Origin: Trypanosoma brucei
Lineage: Eukaryota
Assembly (NCBI GenBank): GCA_000002445.1
Contig: CH464492.1
Location: 64,001 to 128,000 of the forward strand
Reading direction: 5' to 3'
DNA length: 64,000 nucleotides
Shown here one piece after another: positions 10,156 through 23,300 of the stretch. The stretch's first letter is position 1. The number at the start of each line of letters is the position of its first letter. The notes under the pieces are model-generated. The model was not told the origin of the DNA. It worked only from the letters and a program-made list of their open reading frames with translations, and made no database searches. Both the position numbers and the translations under genes were made by a program.

Positions 10156-11793
10156 AAGTGCTTTGAACATGTACGTGCTAATACTATAATAAGAGGCGTG
10201 GTAAAATTAAATGAGAGGACAGAACAGACCAATTTAAAACAGTGCCGACTGTGCTATGGTGGCACCTGTATGAGTGGAACAGTGATCAATTGACCAAAAG
10301 CACTGCGAATATTATTAAAGAAATTAAAAAAAGGAGGTGGAATGTGCGCAGCTTCAAGCACAAAGAAGATGATATACATAATCAAATACCAGAAAGCAGA
10401 CAGTGTGAAATAGAGATGTAGCCAGGTTCAAAGACCAAATGAATTCACTCCAGCACGAACAGACAACACGTACCAAAAAAGGCATGTAATTGGACCGCCA
10501 CTGACATTATTAAATAGCGGTACGAAAATGTATTATATACAAACAGAATACTAAAAAGAATGAACAGAAACTCAATACATTGACACAAGCTGATAATGAA
10601 TGTACAACTTGCACAGAAGTGACTTTGTCAACCAAAGTAATAAAACCCCACAAGCGGAGCTGAAACAGAAAGCCGACGATTGTGGCCAATAAAATACTAA
10701 GTCCACGAACCAGCATAAACTTTCTGCAACATAGCACTATCCATCGCAATATAATAATACAAAATAAAAGTACAAACCCAAATGAAACCGTTATGTCTTC
10801 AAAATGGAGAACGCAAACAGGGACTTTTAATACCCCTTACACACAAGCGAATTACATACATTATTTGATGGATATAACCTTTCGTTGTTTTGTACAAGAA
10901 AGCATGTAAAGATTGAAACTTAAGTTTAAAAAATTGATTCAATAGATCAGCAATGATGTTTCATACAAAACTACAACTGAATCTATCTTATCACACAGAT
11001 ATCTGTAAAAAAGAACCATTTCTAAAAACTGTTTGTCGCCAAACAGATTTACGTATCGGTGAATTTCAAAAGCAGTAACAAAAAGAAAATACAATAAAGG
11101 AAACTACAGCAATTAGAACACTAACTTCAAGTACGCAATATACAAAAGTAGGCATATCAAGAAACAAAACGCAAACATAGAAAAAGTAAAATTGCAAAAA
11201 AAGAAAGCAACATTGGTTTATAAACCGCACATTAACCACGAGAGAACTTCCAAGCTGTTTCAAGTCATCGCAAAATAGACAAAACAGAAAGCAGTAAGCT
11301 GTGGCAAATCTGAAAAGAAAAGTAGGCAAACAAACGGCTGTGTTTCACACAAAAGTGCCTTAAGATTATAGCTCAACCTGAAACAAACATTGTTTATAAC
11401 GCCATGGATGTATAAAACTGACACAATGCTCGCACATAGAAGCATTATATCCAAAAGCAACATCCAACGTAGCGCGAACAGCCTTCTTTCACACTCAGAA
11501 ACTCCCCACCAGTGACGCCGCAATAAGCTGTGCAACTCACCGATTTGTAACAAAGACCGTGCTATCGCCCTCAACTCACAGGGTGACACACCTTGCCAGA
11601 CAGCGGCGGTAATGTGCTCAAGAAAAAAGAGCAAACAGTCAGAAACCAATGTGTGTTCACCAGCAGAGATCGGTAATGATTTCTACCATATCTGCACAGA
11701 TGCTCCGGAAAGAAAGTCCAGTTTCTAGCCTTCATTTCACTATTTTCTGAAACAAAAAGTATAAGCAAGAGATGACAAAAAAAAAAAAAAAAG

Positions 11794-13320
11794 CAAGCCT
11801 GGCACCGTATACTCGCAGCGGTAACTCTAACCGCTTTCACGCAAGCGAACAACCAAGCGACGGATAACAGTGCCCTGTATCATGCCTTGTGCGAAACTGT
11901 AAACCTGGCACGCGGGACGGCAAACCTGAGACAAGCGTTAAAATCGGCAACATCAGCGTACGACGAGTTAATAGAACTCAATACGTCAGCAGCTCCTAGC
12001 GAATGGCAAAAAATGCTGCAGGACCACAAGACCTCGAACTCAGCAGACGACATAGCTAAATCAGCAGGAGTACCAAAAGAGCACCTAAATAAACACTGGA
12101 CGACGAACTGGGAAAAGTGGAAAACAGCGGCCGACAAGCTGAAATCACCAAGCAGCACACCGGAAAAAGTTAAAAACAACGCGCTAACAAACCTCAAGGG
12201 ACCGGCCAAAGATCTAGCGACAGCAGCAATAAAGCAAGCATCGGCGACCGCAGCGAATATACTGGAAAAAATGGAAACCAAGAAGCAAACAGCGACCAAG
12301 TACACAGCTGAAACTGCACAAGAGCAGATAAGGCAACTAGTTTTCGGGGCAGGGAGCACTGGACAGACGTACGACAACACCAAAGTTTTTAAAACCTCAA
12401 GCAACACGCGGCAAACAGACTGCACAGACAACGCAATAACTGTAGCGGCAACTATAGTATGTGTCTGCGCCAAAGACAACACAGGGGCGCTGGCCACGCC
12501 TTGCTTCAGAGGCCAACTAAATACGCAGGCATGGAACAGCGGAGTCAGCGCACCGAGCCCAACACTATGGAACGAATTAATCGGGCACTGCCCTGAAGAA
12601 AAAACCTCGGTCATAACGGCGACGAATTTACAAACGCTGGCGCGGCGACTAAGAGCAATGGTCAAAATAATTTCAGGAGACGGCTACCTAGGCACGTTAC
12701 ACAGTGGAACAAGCTGCATCGGCACCCAAGCCACCGCAATCTGCACCAAATACACCGGCTATACCGCCAGCGCGGCGTCGCACGCAGGCAAAATCCTGTG
12801 GCTGGACGGCCTGGAAAGAATAGCAGCCGACCTTGCAGACCAAGAAACCGCAATAGCAAACAGTAACACAATGGTCGAACAAATCAGCAGGCTCCGCGAC
12901 GAAGCATACACAATAGCAGAGGCGTACAAGCTCGTATCCATACAACAAGCAGCAACAGCTGGCAGTCCGATGCCACAAAGCAGCGACAACCAAGAGTGCA
13001 CGACACACAAAAACAGCAAAACCACATGTGAAAATACAGGTAAATGCAAATGGGAAGGAAAAAATGAAACAGAAGGAACATACAAACCTAAAGAGGGAGA
13101 AGGAGAGACAAATGCAGGAACAGGGGAGTCAACTTCAAAATGCACCGGCCTCGATACCGAAGATAAATGCGAGGTTGTCCAAGTAAAGACTCATACAGGC
13201 AAAAAATATGTTTGTGGTTGGATAGAAGAAAAATCAAGAGGTACCAGTTTTCTTGTAAATAAGAAATTACGTCTTATTACTACTGCTTTTATGAGTTTGG
13301 AATCATTCTACGTTTTTTAA
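11794..13320 (+). pseudogene. VSG: VSG with a complete body and GPI signal but no in-frame ATG; an A16 tract lies at the 5' end
   Basis: The reported ORF 11887-13320 starts at a TTG. The same frame continues upstream as …LAAVTLTAFTQANNQATDNSALYHALCETVNLARG (a signal-peptide-like stretch plus the start of the N-domain) back to an A16 homopolymer at 11777-11793. The N-domain has the TIVCVCAKDN motif. The C-domain ends …YVCGWIEEKSRGTSFLVNKKLRLITTAFMSLESFYVF*. A 16-mer variant caatatattttaacac is at 13330-13345. Confidence 0.75.
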
Positions 13321-13329
13321 TTTACTGTT

Positions 13330-13345
13330 CAATATATTTTAACAC
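13330..13345 (+). promoter_or_regulatory. VSG 3'UTR 16-mer variant (CAATATATTTTAACAC)
   Basis: Fourteen of 16 positions match the consensus, immediately after the stop codon. Confidence 0.65.
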
Positions 13346-13519
13346 TTGTTGAAACAAATGTGAAAAATATTGAAACTATCTAAATTTTGAAATTTCATAT
13401 GACAGTGGCTTAGGAGTGCAAAGTAAGAGGATTATAGGGTATGAAAAATTTGTGAAATTATAATTTGTTTATTTCCTATATGTATATTATTCAGAGTTTT
13501 AATAGTGATATTAGTATTA

Positions 13520-13575
13520 ATAATAATAAGAAAGTGTTGTGAATGTGCATATACCAAAATCATAATAAGAAGAGT
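13520..13575 (+). repeat. Degenerate 70-bp repeat copy
   Basis: gaaagtgttgtgaatgtgcatataccaaaatcataataagaagagtga, preceded by (ATT/TAA)n. It is ~1.5 kb upstream of the VSG pseudogene at 15067. Confidence 0.55.
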
Positions 13576-15066
13576 GACGAAGATGGTGTAAAAATATAAA
13601 ATAGTTGCGATGGAAGCAATGTAAAGGATGTAAGAGGACTAGTTAGGTTAGTGAGTAGAATAGTGAGAAGAAGAGAAACACTATCACTAAGGAAGGGACA
13701 TAAAGAAAGTGGGAGGGATAAGGATATGGAATATACGCAGATTCAAACGCGAATGAGACCATGAACAGCATCGAACAGCTGCAGACGGCGAATGTGACAA
13801 TTAGAGATAAACAGAGTCGCGTTTAGACGCCAAATGCAGTCTACACAACTAATACAAAGGAGTAAAAGTGGAAGGCGAATAAACATACCACGATCAATAT
13901 GCTCTTAAGAACTATTTTAACAACGTATTATTTTAGCTTAAGGAACTATCATGGGTACACAAAAACTTAAAATAAAGAATTCAAATAATAAAAGAAATAC
14001 AATTAGTTTAAAAGTGCATCTGCTAACAACACTGACGAAACCGATGAAGAAAAGAAAAAAATAAAATGAAGAATGCAACAAACCGTGCACAATTTGCAAA
14101 AATTAGTATAAATGTAGCCTGTCAGGAGACAAGAGGAATATTACATCGAAAAACAAAAATGTAAACTCCAATAAAGAAGTTAAAGAAGAAGAGGATAGCG
14201 TATGAACAGTAAGCTTAAGTGGCCATTTTAAGGATAAAAATTGTAAAATATACTATATCGGAGAAAAAAATGCCGTTCCATATTTATGCGAACGCCAATT
14301 AGAGATTACAACTTGAATAGCATACCCAGATGGTTATAGGTAATATGACTTATGAGTGTAAAATTGAATTTATTTTATTAGAGATAATCCCGAACATTAC
14401 GATTGTTTCTCATACTCTTTTTATATTATAGCACCTTTTAGTACAGTTAACTTTAAAGAAAAACAATCGCAGTAAGAAAGTCAGAAACGAATGATACAAA
14501 TGGAAGACACACGGGCATTGTAGTTCCATATGGAAGATGTTTCTTGAAAAACAGCAGTGATGAATCTTCCTCAATACACAGAATGTTGTGGTGCAAACCA
14601 AAGAATCAAACAGATAGAATATCATACTGAATTAGCTACGCCACTAGAACCCGCGATTGAAAAGGACATTAAAATAAGATGCTGTGACCATCTAAAAGAC
14701 TATAAGAAAAGCCGCATCTCATCCAAAAATAAATTGATACAGAAGAGGAGATGGCTATGACTGTTTTTTCATTGTGATGGGAGTCCCTGCCGACATGAAA
14801 CAACAGAAAGAATTTACTCATAGAGTGTGAAGCGTTATTTACTTTAACAAAAGGCTGGAACAACAACGGGTGTGGCTTGTTAGATAAATAGTAAATGTAA
14901 ATTGAAAACATTTAAACGAATATAAAAAAGAATTTAAAATGAAAATAAGGAAGCCCTCAAACAGCGGATATATTACCATTTCACGTTATACCTAAGCATA
15001 AAGAGAAAAAGAGATGTATCAAAGAAAATTTTTCAACTCAGTAACCTACCAAACTGATCCATTCTG

Positions 15067-16520
15067 ATGTTAATAACAGCCTGGAGGCAGGCAGCCAAGG
15101 AAGCACCCACGAAAATGAGGAACATCTTGCACCACCCTGGAGTTATAAAACTTCTAACGGTACTGGCAACGGCGCATGTGCAAGCCAAAACCAACGACAA
15201 AGGGGCGGCGGCTGTAGACGATTCGTGCAAGGAGTTAACACATGACAAAGCACTAAAATCACACATACAGAAGCAGACTGCTAATGCAAGAGCTGACTTT
15301 GAGAAGCTGCACAGACAGCACCTGGCGTGGCAAACGGCAGAAACAGCAGAACAAAACGCCGAAAGAAGATGCTTGTTCATGGCACTTGCAGCTAAGGCAG
15401 AGGAGATGGAAGAAAAAGCACCGCTACACAGCAAAGGCCAAGATTTGACAATAAACGAAGCTGTAAGTCTCCTAGATCATCAACTTTGTGTACTTCAGGC
15501 CCTAACGGTAGCGGCCAAAGCAATGCCAGCAGAAGACACAGGGAAGCACTCAAAAACAAGCGACATGGCCGTAAACATCAAACTTAAATTAGCAACAGGA
15601 GTAACTTCGGTCTGCATCGTTGTAAATAATGTGAAAACGCTGTGGTCACCATTAGTGGAACACGAGTGGACGAAACTTTTTAAATTGAAAATAACGACGC
15701 CAGAATAATTTCTAAAAAAGTTCAACAAGTCGGCTGTAACGCTAAGCAGCCTAGGAAAATGCACACAACACGACAGAAACAACTTCAACTTCTCCAACTC
15801 TATTCAAAGGTGCGTTCAAACAAGCACAATGGCAAAAATAAGTTTTAAAGACTTACGAAAAACGACATCTTACACAGCCACCGGCGTGGACCTCAGGACA
15901 GGCGACAGGTACACAGGTGTTTGAATACAAGAAATAGCCAAAACCGTTGAAAACACGGCTTACGAGGCGAAGCTTGGATATTTCGTCTGTAGGGCACTAG
16001 ACACAATGAAAAATAAACCCGATAAGCTTGAAGACCTAAGCGGCAGCAACCTAAAAAGCGACGGCATAGTCAAGCTCACACTTAGAAACTGCCTTCCACA
16101 ATTCCAACATATAGCCGACACGACAGATAGCGAAAAGAGCAAACAAATTGAAGATTACATTGAACAGACGTTCCATAAAAACAGAAATGACTTCAAAACC
16201 AACTTCATGGATATCCTCAACAAGGATAGTCACACGAGCCGCAGTGAGAAAAGTTCGGCACAAAAATAAATAACAGGAATAAGTAACGCCCAGGAGCGGA
16301 CAGCAATCATAAGTCATGCCGAATGGATAAGGAACGCCAAAGTACTAGAAGCAGAAAAGAAGGTCGCAACCGCAGCAGCAGCTGATTCCAAAAAAACAGA
16401 AGAAAAGTGCCAAGATAAAGTGACCACAACAACAGGGACAGATAGTACAACAAACACCACAGTAAGCAATTCTTTTGTTATCAATAAAGCTCCTCTTTGG
16501 CTTGCATTTTTTCTTCTATG
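15067..16520 (+). pseudogene. Heavily degenerate VSG pseudogene
   Basis: ORF 15067-15708 gives N-domain-like sequence. ORF 16006-16269 covers the middle. Sequence 16440-16520 encodes …SNSFVINKAPLWLAFFLL*, a VSG GPI signal, in a different frame. There are several frame breaks. Confidence 0.6.
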
Positions 16521-16619
16521 ATTAAATTTTTGAAAAACGTTTTGCTCAATTTTGTGAAATTTTTGAAATTTTTCTAAAATATGATATTCTTTTCACAGTT
16601 TTTCTCATATCTCTACAAA

Positions 16620-19600
16620 TACTCGGTGGCGCCTGCCGCCTCATCGTGGTTCCAGGGTTTATTGCTCCATCCAGAAGGAAGCCAATCGCCCGCATTATAC
16701 CTGGTCCGACAGGATTTGGGAGGGCAACAGGTTTTTGGCGACCAGAGAAAGAGCAAGCAGCAGCATCAGCACTCTGGGCTGAAGAAATATATTAGACTGT
16801 TCTTCTGCACGTCAGAGCATACCCCGATTGGGATACGTAGGCTTATACTACTTAAGGGAGATGTAGAACAGAATCCCGGCCCCGTTATTCGTGGAGCCAA
16901 ATGGAATGCTGTGGCGTTACCTCATGTAAAACGACTTGACTTGGAGAGGCGGCTTCAAGAGGACCACGTTGTATTCTGTTTATTGTGGGAGATTTACTCG
17001 GCTTCAGCGGGATCACCGCGCTTAAAATAAGAGAATACCAGCATGTAGCGTTGGAGAGAATTATGCACGGGGTTGTGGTGTAAATTCTAGTGCGAGATGA
17101 AATGGAGTGGGGAAAGGGGACATATGAAAAAAGGAGTGCTAGAAAGAGTGACAGCAACGCTGAGATTTTTGGCTGATGTGAATTTGGCAGTCACTTCAGC
17201 TTATTTTCTTAGAAAATCAGTAGTTTTTAACACAGCGTTGGAACAATTAGCGATAGAAAGATGGCTTCTATTATAAGGGGCTGATGCCAACTCGCATCAT
17301 GTGTTGTGGGACCCACTATGGCCTCAAAACCTTCCCCAACTTTATACATGTGGAATAAAGCGCGTTGGAGTGACTTCCGAGCGGTCGGTAATAAGTTCAT
17401 TTTCAACAAGACTTAAAAGAAAAATAGAAAGTGCGGATGCGCTAAATGAAGCCATCGCGAGATGCAAAAGACAAGCAGCCAAGAAAAACATACCAAAAGG
17501 TAAGGGTGTAGCACCGTCGTTCTCGATAATAGAGTTGATGAAACTCTCCAAGAAAATACAAAAGTATCGTAATGAACGTAGGAGAGATGCGCTGATTAGA
17601 TAGTGAAGAAAAGTACTTGCGGACATGGCTCTTCAAAGATGGAAGGAAAATGTACTCAAGTTGGAGGCACAAAACCGCTCAGCTGGAATATCGTAAAGTC
17701 TATTTACGTCCAGCGTAGTTTTGCATCGCCAGTAATGGTAGTGGATGGACATTCATTGACTAAGCGCCAGCAGACACACAAACTAGAAAGGATGTACATG
17801 GAGCGTTTAACAAAGGCACTAAGAGCACCAGATATGCAAATTCCGACCGCCAGGAAAAGGACTTTCACACCAACTACAGAAGCCGAACTGGAAACTGCAG
17901 TAAAAGAGCTCTCCTCTGTAACTGCTTCGGAATACTACGAAATTCATTGCGAAGAATTCAGACAGCTTGGAACGATTGGTCAAAGAGCTGTTGAGACTAT
18001 TTAACTGCAGTGTGAAAAACAGTTAACTTCCAAAAAAATGGAAACCTTTTATGATTATTCCGCTGCTAAACCATAATAAACATGAGGCAAGCATGGCGTC
18101 ATTCAGACCAGTGACCCTCAAAAAATCCGTAACACATGGAGTAACAGTAGAAAAAAGCAGCGAAAGTATTCATAGATCATGATAGAGCTTTTGACTCTGT
18201 GGATAACGGATGTATAACCAAGGCATTACACGAAATTGGATTGGAGTCGCACCTGTTTGCCTGGATAGTGCAGCTTTTATAAAGTAAGGACTGCACGAGT
18301 AAGAGTCGACAACACGAAGTCAGAAAAAATACAGCTGACATGCGGCATCTTCCAAGGCTCAGTGCTAGTTTTACTTCTGCTTATTATAGAAGTAACATAC
18401 ACTCGCTAAGTTCAATAATGAAAATGATTCCAGAATTCGCACACGGATTCTACGCTGATGACCTTACAATAATATGTACACCCAATAACATCATCGAGAT
18501 ACAGAAACAGTACAGATAGGACTTAATTGCACAGAGAAGTTGTCAGCGTTGCACTTCATGGATATGTCAGTGATAAAGGGGAGTATACGCTATTTGTATC
18601 AAGGGACACAAACCGGATAAGGCTAAAAGTAGGGGGAAGCTTTAAAGGAAAATAGAACGCTAAAGCTACTGGGATTGACAATACAGCCACATAAAGGACG
18701 AAGTAAGCAAACATCCACACTTCCTATAAACAGCAGAAAACATGTGACTAATGAAGCTTAGGCCAGTTGACATCGCCCCTGTAGAGAAATAATAAGAGCA
18801 TTCTGTTTGGCTCTTGTTCAGGCAAAGTTTAGCTATAGTATAGTGTCATCGCGGTTTAATGCATCGCCATCGGATAGAGAAAAGCTGTAAAAACAGAATG
18901 CTAATGCTGCTAACATTGTGGCAAGCATACCGAAATCGGCAAACCGAACATATTCTCTTTTAGAGGCTTGTTTAAAGCCACTGAGCAACGAAGTGGCGTA
19001 CCGTAGAGTAACGGGGTACTACCTGAGATTGAAAGTCGGGGGCGCAAAGTATGCTGACGCGGAAGATAATATGTTCCAACAAGAACATCCAGTTCACATA
19101 AAAATGGTCAGGGTAAGTCATATATGCGGCGAAACAGATAAACCAGGAAAACCACAAGATGAGACCCTATTGCAAATTGCGAAGATAGTATATTTTAACA
19201 TCAAACCATCAGGAGTCTAAAAGCTAACGCAAAAGACAAAGTTAAGAAAGTACAAACAGTGAAACTGGTACAGTGTTTTAAAAACTATGACTATCAAGTG
19301 TGGTCAGATGGATCGGTAGTGTTAGATGCTTCCTCAGGGGCAAGCGCAATGATGTACTCAATCAATGGAAAGAGTGGGAAAGTACATCTGGGTTCTGTAT
19401 CGATGACCTGCAGCTATAGGGAGGATTGTGTAGCAACGGAGGCAGGTCTCAAATGGCTCGTAAAGATAATTAATGTCAACAAAATAACAATACAAAAGTA
19501 GCTATATTCACAGACTTATTGTCGCTCATAATGATACTTAAAACTGAATATGCGGTAGTAAAAGAAGCGACACTGAAACAAATACGGACACAAATTATTC

Positions 19601-20320
19601 ATATCGTGAAGCTACGAGTAGTGGGTAATTTTCATTTTGTGTTCTCACACTGCGGGGTCCCAAGAAATGAAGCAGTTGACAAAGAAGCAGAGAAAGACGA
19701 TAAAATGCTAAGGACATATCCAGCATGGATCACGGACATAGTCACATGTATAGAAAGGCAAATACATCGAGAAAGGGACAATGAATTCGAAGAGGTCCAA
19801 AAGTCACAAACAAATCGCAGTGCTCTACTCAACCATATTAAACCTACGCAGAAAATATCCAAAGTGGACAGGATGGGAAAATCATTACTAGCGCAATTTA
19901 GAATAGGTACATCGAAACAATTCGGATGGCTACATCATGTATTCACAAAAGAAAACAGTGCAAAATGAGTGTAGATAGCGTCGTCGTGACTATGTGGAAC
20001 TGGAGACAGCTGTGAATGGGAAAGCGAGAAGTACACAGAATGATAATACGGAAACACAGTCATCACAGGTAACGGTAAGACAAAATGAGCCCATAATATC
20101 CCCGTTGTGCAACGTTGTGGGTGCACGTCTTCAAGCCAGAGTAGTGCACCTTATGAAGATACACAGTTGGGAAAGAGAAAGAGCACTGACAATGATGAAG
20201 ATAGCAAAAATTGGCGGTGCAGGAATATAAAGGTAAATACGGTTGCCATGTTTGTAAAAGGGATTGTGAGGTAAGAGGTTTACTTGTGGAGCACATGGTC
20301 ACAGACACAGACGCACACAC
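16620..20320 (+). mobile_element. DIRE (degenerate ingi/L1Tc-related non-LTR retroelement), interrupted by many stops
   Basis: The 5' region is collinear with the ingi 5' end (…ggcgcctgccgcctcatcgtggttccagggt… versus ingi …ggcgatgccggccacctcaacgtggtgccagggt…). It has a 2A-like motif LLKGDVEQNPGP at 16857-16883. It has RT remnants (PDMQIPTARKR…, and GFYADDLTIICT at ~18440, a YxDD box). It has an RNase H remnant (WSDGSVVLDASSGASAMMYS…CSYREDCVATEAGL, 19259-19501), an ingi-like segment FVFSHCGVPRNEAVD, and a terminal zinc-finger-like stretch CHVCKRDCEVRGLLVEHM. Confidence 0.7.
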
Positions 20321-23300
20321 ACACACCCTCTACCGCAAACCTAACACGTAACTCCTTCAAACCGGGCCAGCTCATCAAGTGCGGCGACGTTTCTTCGCAG
20401 ACGCCGCGTTGGCTGGTAACAGCGCGCTCTACCTTCATACCGTGCATCTTCTTTTGATATAGGGTGAGGCCAGTTTTGCTAGCACACTGCCTTCCGCATG
20501 TCGGGTACACCAACATGGATGTGTTTGTATGCGGGGAATCAGTGGCACACGATTTCGTGCTTTTGCTGCATTTAAGCTCGATTCCCTCACCTTTGTGGAA
20601 AGCCTTACAGTGTCGGATGAGGGAGTCCCTGCAACTGAGCACTTTTTGGCACACACCACACTGCACCTCGCCTTTCCCCGGGACGTCAACGTTTCCCTCA
20701 CGGGCACGCTTACGAGGGATTTGCACCACCACCACGGTACCGTCCTCCGTCACTATGCTCTTATGTTTGAATTTCTTGTGTAGTGACAGGGAAGAGCGTG
20801 TACCAATGCTCGCCTCGCACAGGTCACATTGAAACGGCAGCTTCCGTGTATCCTGAGGGGCTGGCGCTGCTGGGGCTCTACCATCTCCTTGCAACGAGTC
20901 CTCGTTTTCTCGCCCCCTTTTCACGCGGCAACTACCGCTACCTATGCCATGTATTGTTCTAAGGTGGTGTAATAGTCGGCCTGGCACTGCGAATTTGGAG
21001 GCACAGATGGTACAATGAAGCACCTGCGGTCTCATCGGGACTCGTGTGCTCGATGGTAGAGGAACGATCGCTACCACTGGAGGGGGCTCCTGGGGGATGT
21101 CCACTGCGGGTGTTGCATCGCCGTATTTGATCCTCCGGAGGGCATCAGCTCGCACAAAGCCATGTTTGTTTACCATATGCGTTACAGCACTCGAGCGGCA
21201 TTGGTATGTGGCATCACATTCCGTATATTAGGTCGGTTCGGAGGTTCTCTGAAGAGTGCGTGTCGCAACAGTTGGGGATGTTTGTATTGTGGGTCCTATT
21301 GCTTCATGTTTCGGGTTACACCATCGGCACTGTGGAGGCACACTCGGGTTGATATTTCGCAACATCCATCCATAGTGTCTTGAAGAACCAACCCGAAAGC
21401 GTGCCAGTGCCGTTTCTTCTTTCCTCGTCAGTTCTTCATTATGTTTTGTTGGAAAGTGGTTGCCCGTGATACCAAACCTATGAGTGTTCTCATGGACTTC
21501 TTCCGACCTAAGCACTCGCTTCGCATAAGAAATGATGTCGGGGATCCATGTGTCTCGCAACTGTGGTAAATCAGCGGCCTTTTTGGCCATTCCATCGCAA
21601 ACCTCATTCCGTTTCACGCCACAATGGCCAAACACAAATTGCAGTCGAATACGCACCTTCCTTCTCTGAACTTGAAGCAGAAGCCTCCATAGTCGTCTCA
21701 GAATTGGGTCCGTTACGGCTAGGAGGCCTGTCTGCAGTGCTGTCAACATTGACAGCGAGTCAGAGAAGATGGAAAACCTGCTCGGTGTGCTTCTGTATGC
21801 CGGAAGCCATTTCAAGCAGCCGTTGCAGTCCTATCTCTAATGCTACGCATTCCACTCTGTAACTGCATGAGAGTTCCCTTGCTCCGGTCTTGGGTGCACA
21901 AATCAGCGTGTTGTTTCTATAGAGCAGGGCAGCTGCTCCGGACTTCTCACCGAGGGACACGGATCCATCAGTCCACAATTCGTAGTGCTCTCGTCGCGGT
22001 GGCTCCTTCCCCCTCCGTGCAAAATGTCGTGCAATCCACTTTTCGGAAGCCTCCCTTTTGACATCGTCAGGGTCATCAGCGCACACAGCCTTTATCTGCG
22101 TGTGAAATAGCGGTCGGCAGCTGTGGCGGAGCGTCGATGTCTCCAGTGGGTGCTCGCTCGGCTCCATGCGGAGGTGGGGGTAGGACCGTATGATGCGGGA
22201 ATGTAGGGCTCTGACTGGGTGTTTGCTGTGGTATACTTCCTCAGCACTGCGACGCAAATATCCATCTCGTGACTCACACATCAGCATGAATTTCATGATG
22301 CGCACAAGAGTGGTCGTCTTGAGTGGCAGGAGGTTTGCTTCCAGCAGAGAGTCCTCTTTGCGCGTCCCATGCGGTATGCCAGCTATGATTAGACTAGCCT
22401 TGTGTTGTGCTGCTGCAAGGAGGTCGCGACTTCGGTTCTAAGCGTCCCAGTACCATACCTCAATGCCATACATGGTGTGTGCCTGTACGAGTGCTAGATA
22501 AAAAGCTCTCAGTACTTGTCGTCTTGGCCCCCATGTAGAAGCTGAGATGGCTGCTATCTGCAGTAGTAGGAAGTCCATCTTGCGTCTCGTTTCGGCCGCA
22601 TGTGTTGCCATCCCTTGCAGACACTGGAATGTTACTCCAAGAAGCTTCAGTGTCCTGTCAGCTCCTATTCTTTCGCCGTCCAGTTGTAATGTAAGGGGGT
22701 GGCGCCCTATACACCCGAAGAGTGTGCACTTTGTTTTCGCTATATTGACAGACATGAAGTACTCTTGTGACCATTGTAACACCACGTTTAGACCGCATTG
22801 TAGCGTGTGGTTGATGACATCCCTCTCTGTGTGCCTCGCAAGTAGCGTTAGGTCGTCTGCAAAGAATCCGTGCTGCAGTAACGGCACTTCGACAAGGCGT
22901 TGGCTCAACGAGTTCATGACAATAATGAACATGATTGTGCCAAGGACAGTTCCTTGTGGCACTCCTCGCTCAAATGTTCTGCTGCTGGAAAGCTTCTCCT
23001 TGAATCTCACTCTGCCAGTTCAGTTACTCAGAAATGATACGAACCACTTCACAATGTGGGGTGATACCTTCATTCTGTGCATTTCCCTCGCAATTTTGTC
23101 GTGGTCCACTGTATCAAATGCCTTCTCGTAGTCGACGAATACAGCACCCGTACGATATTGGTGCGTGGGACGGCAGAGGGCAGCGCGGACGTGCAGGAGT
23201 TGTTCGAGCGTTGAGCATCCGGGGCGAAAGCCTGATTGCTGCGGCGTCAGCTGGGACTCAACAGTGTCTCTAAGTCTCGCGGCAATTATGCGCTCCATGA

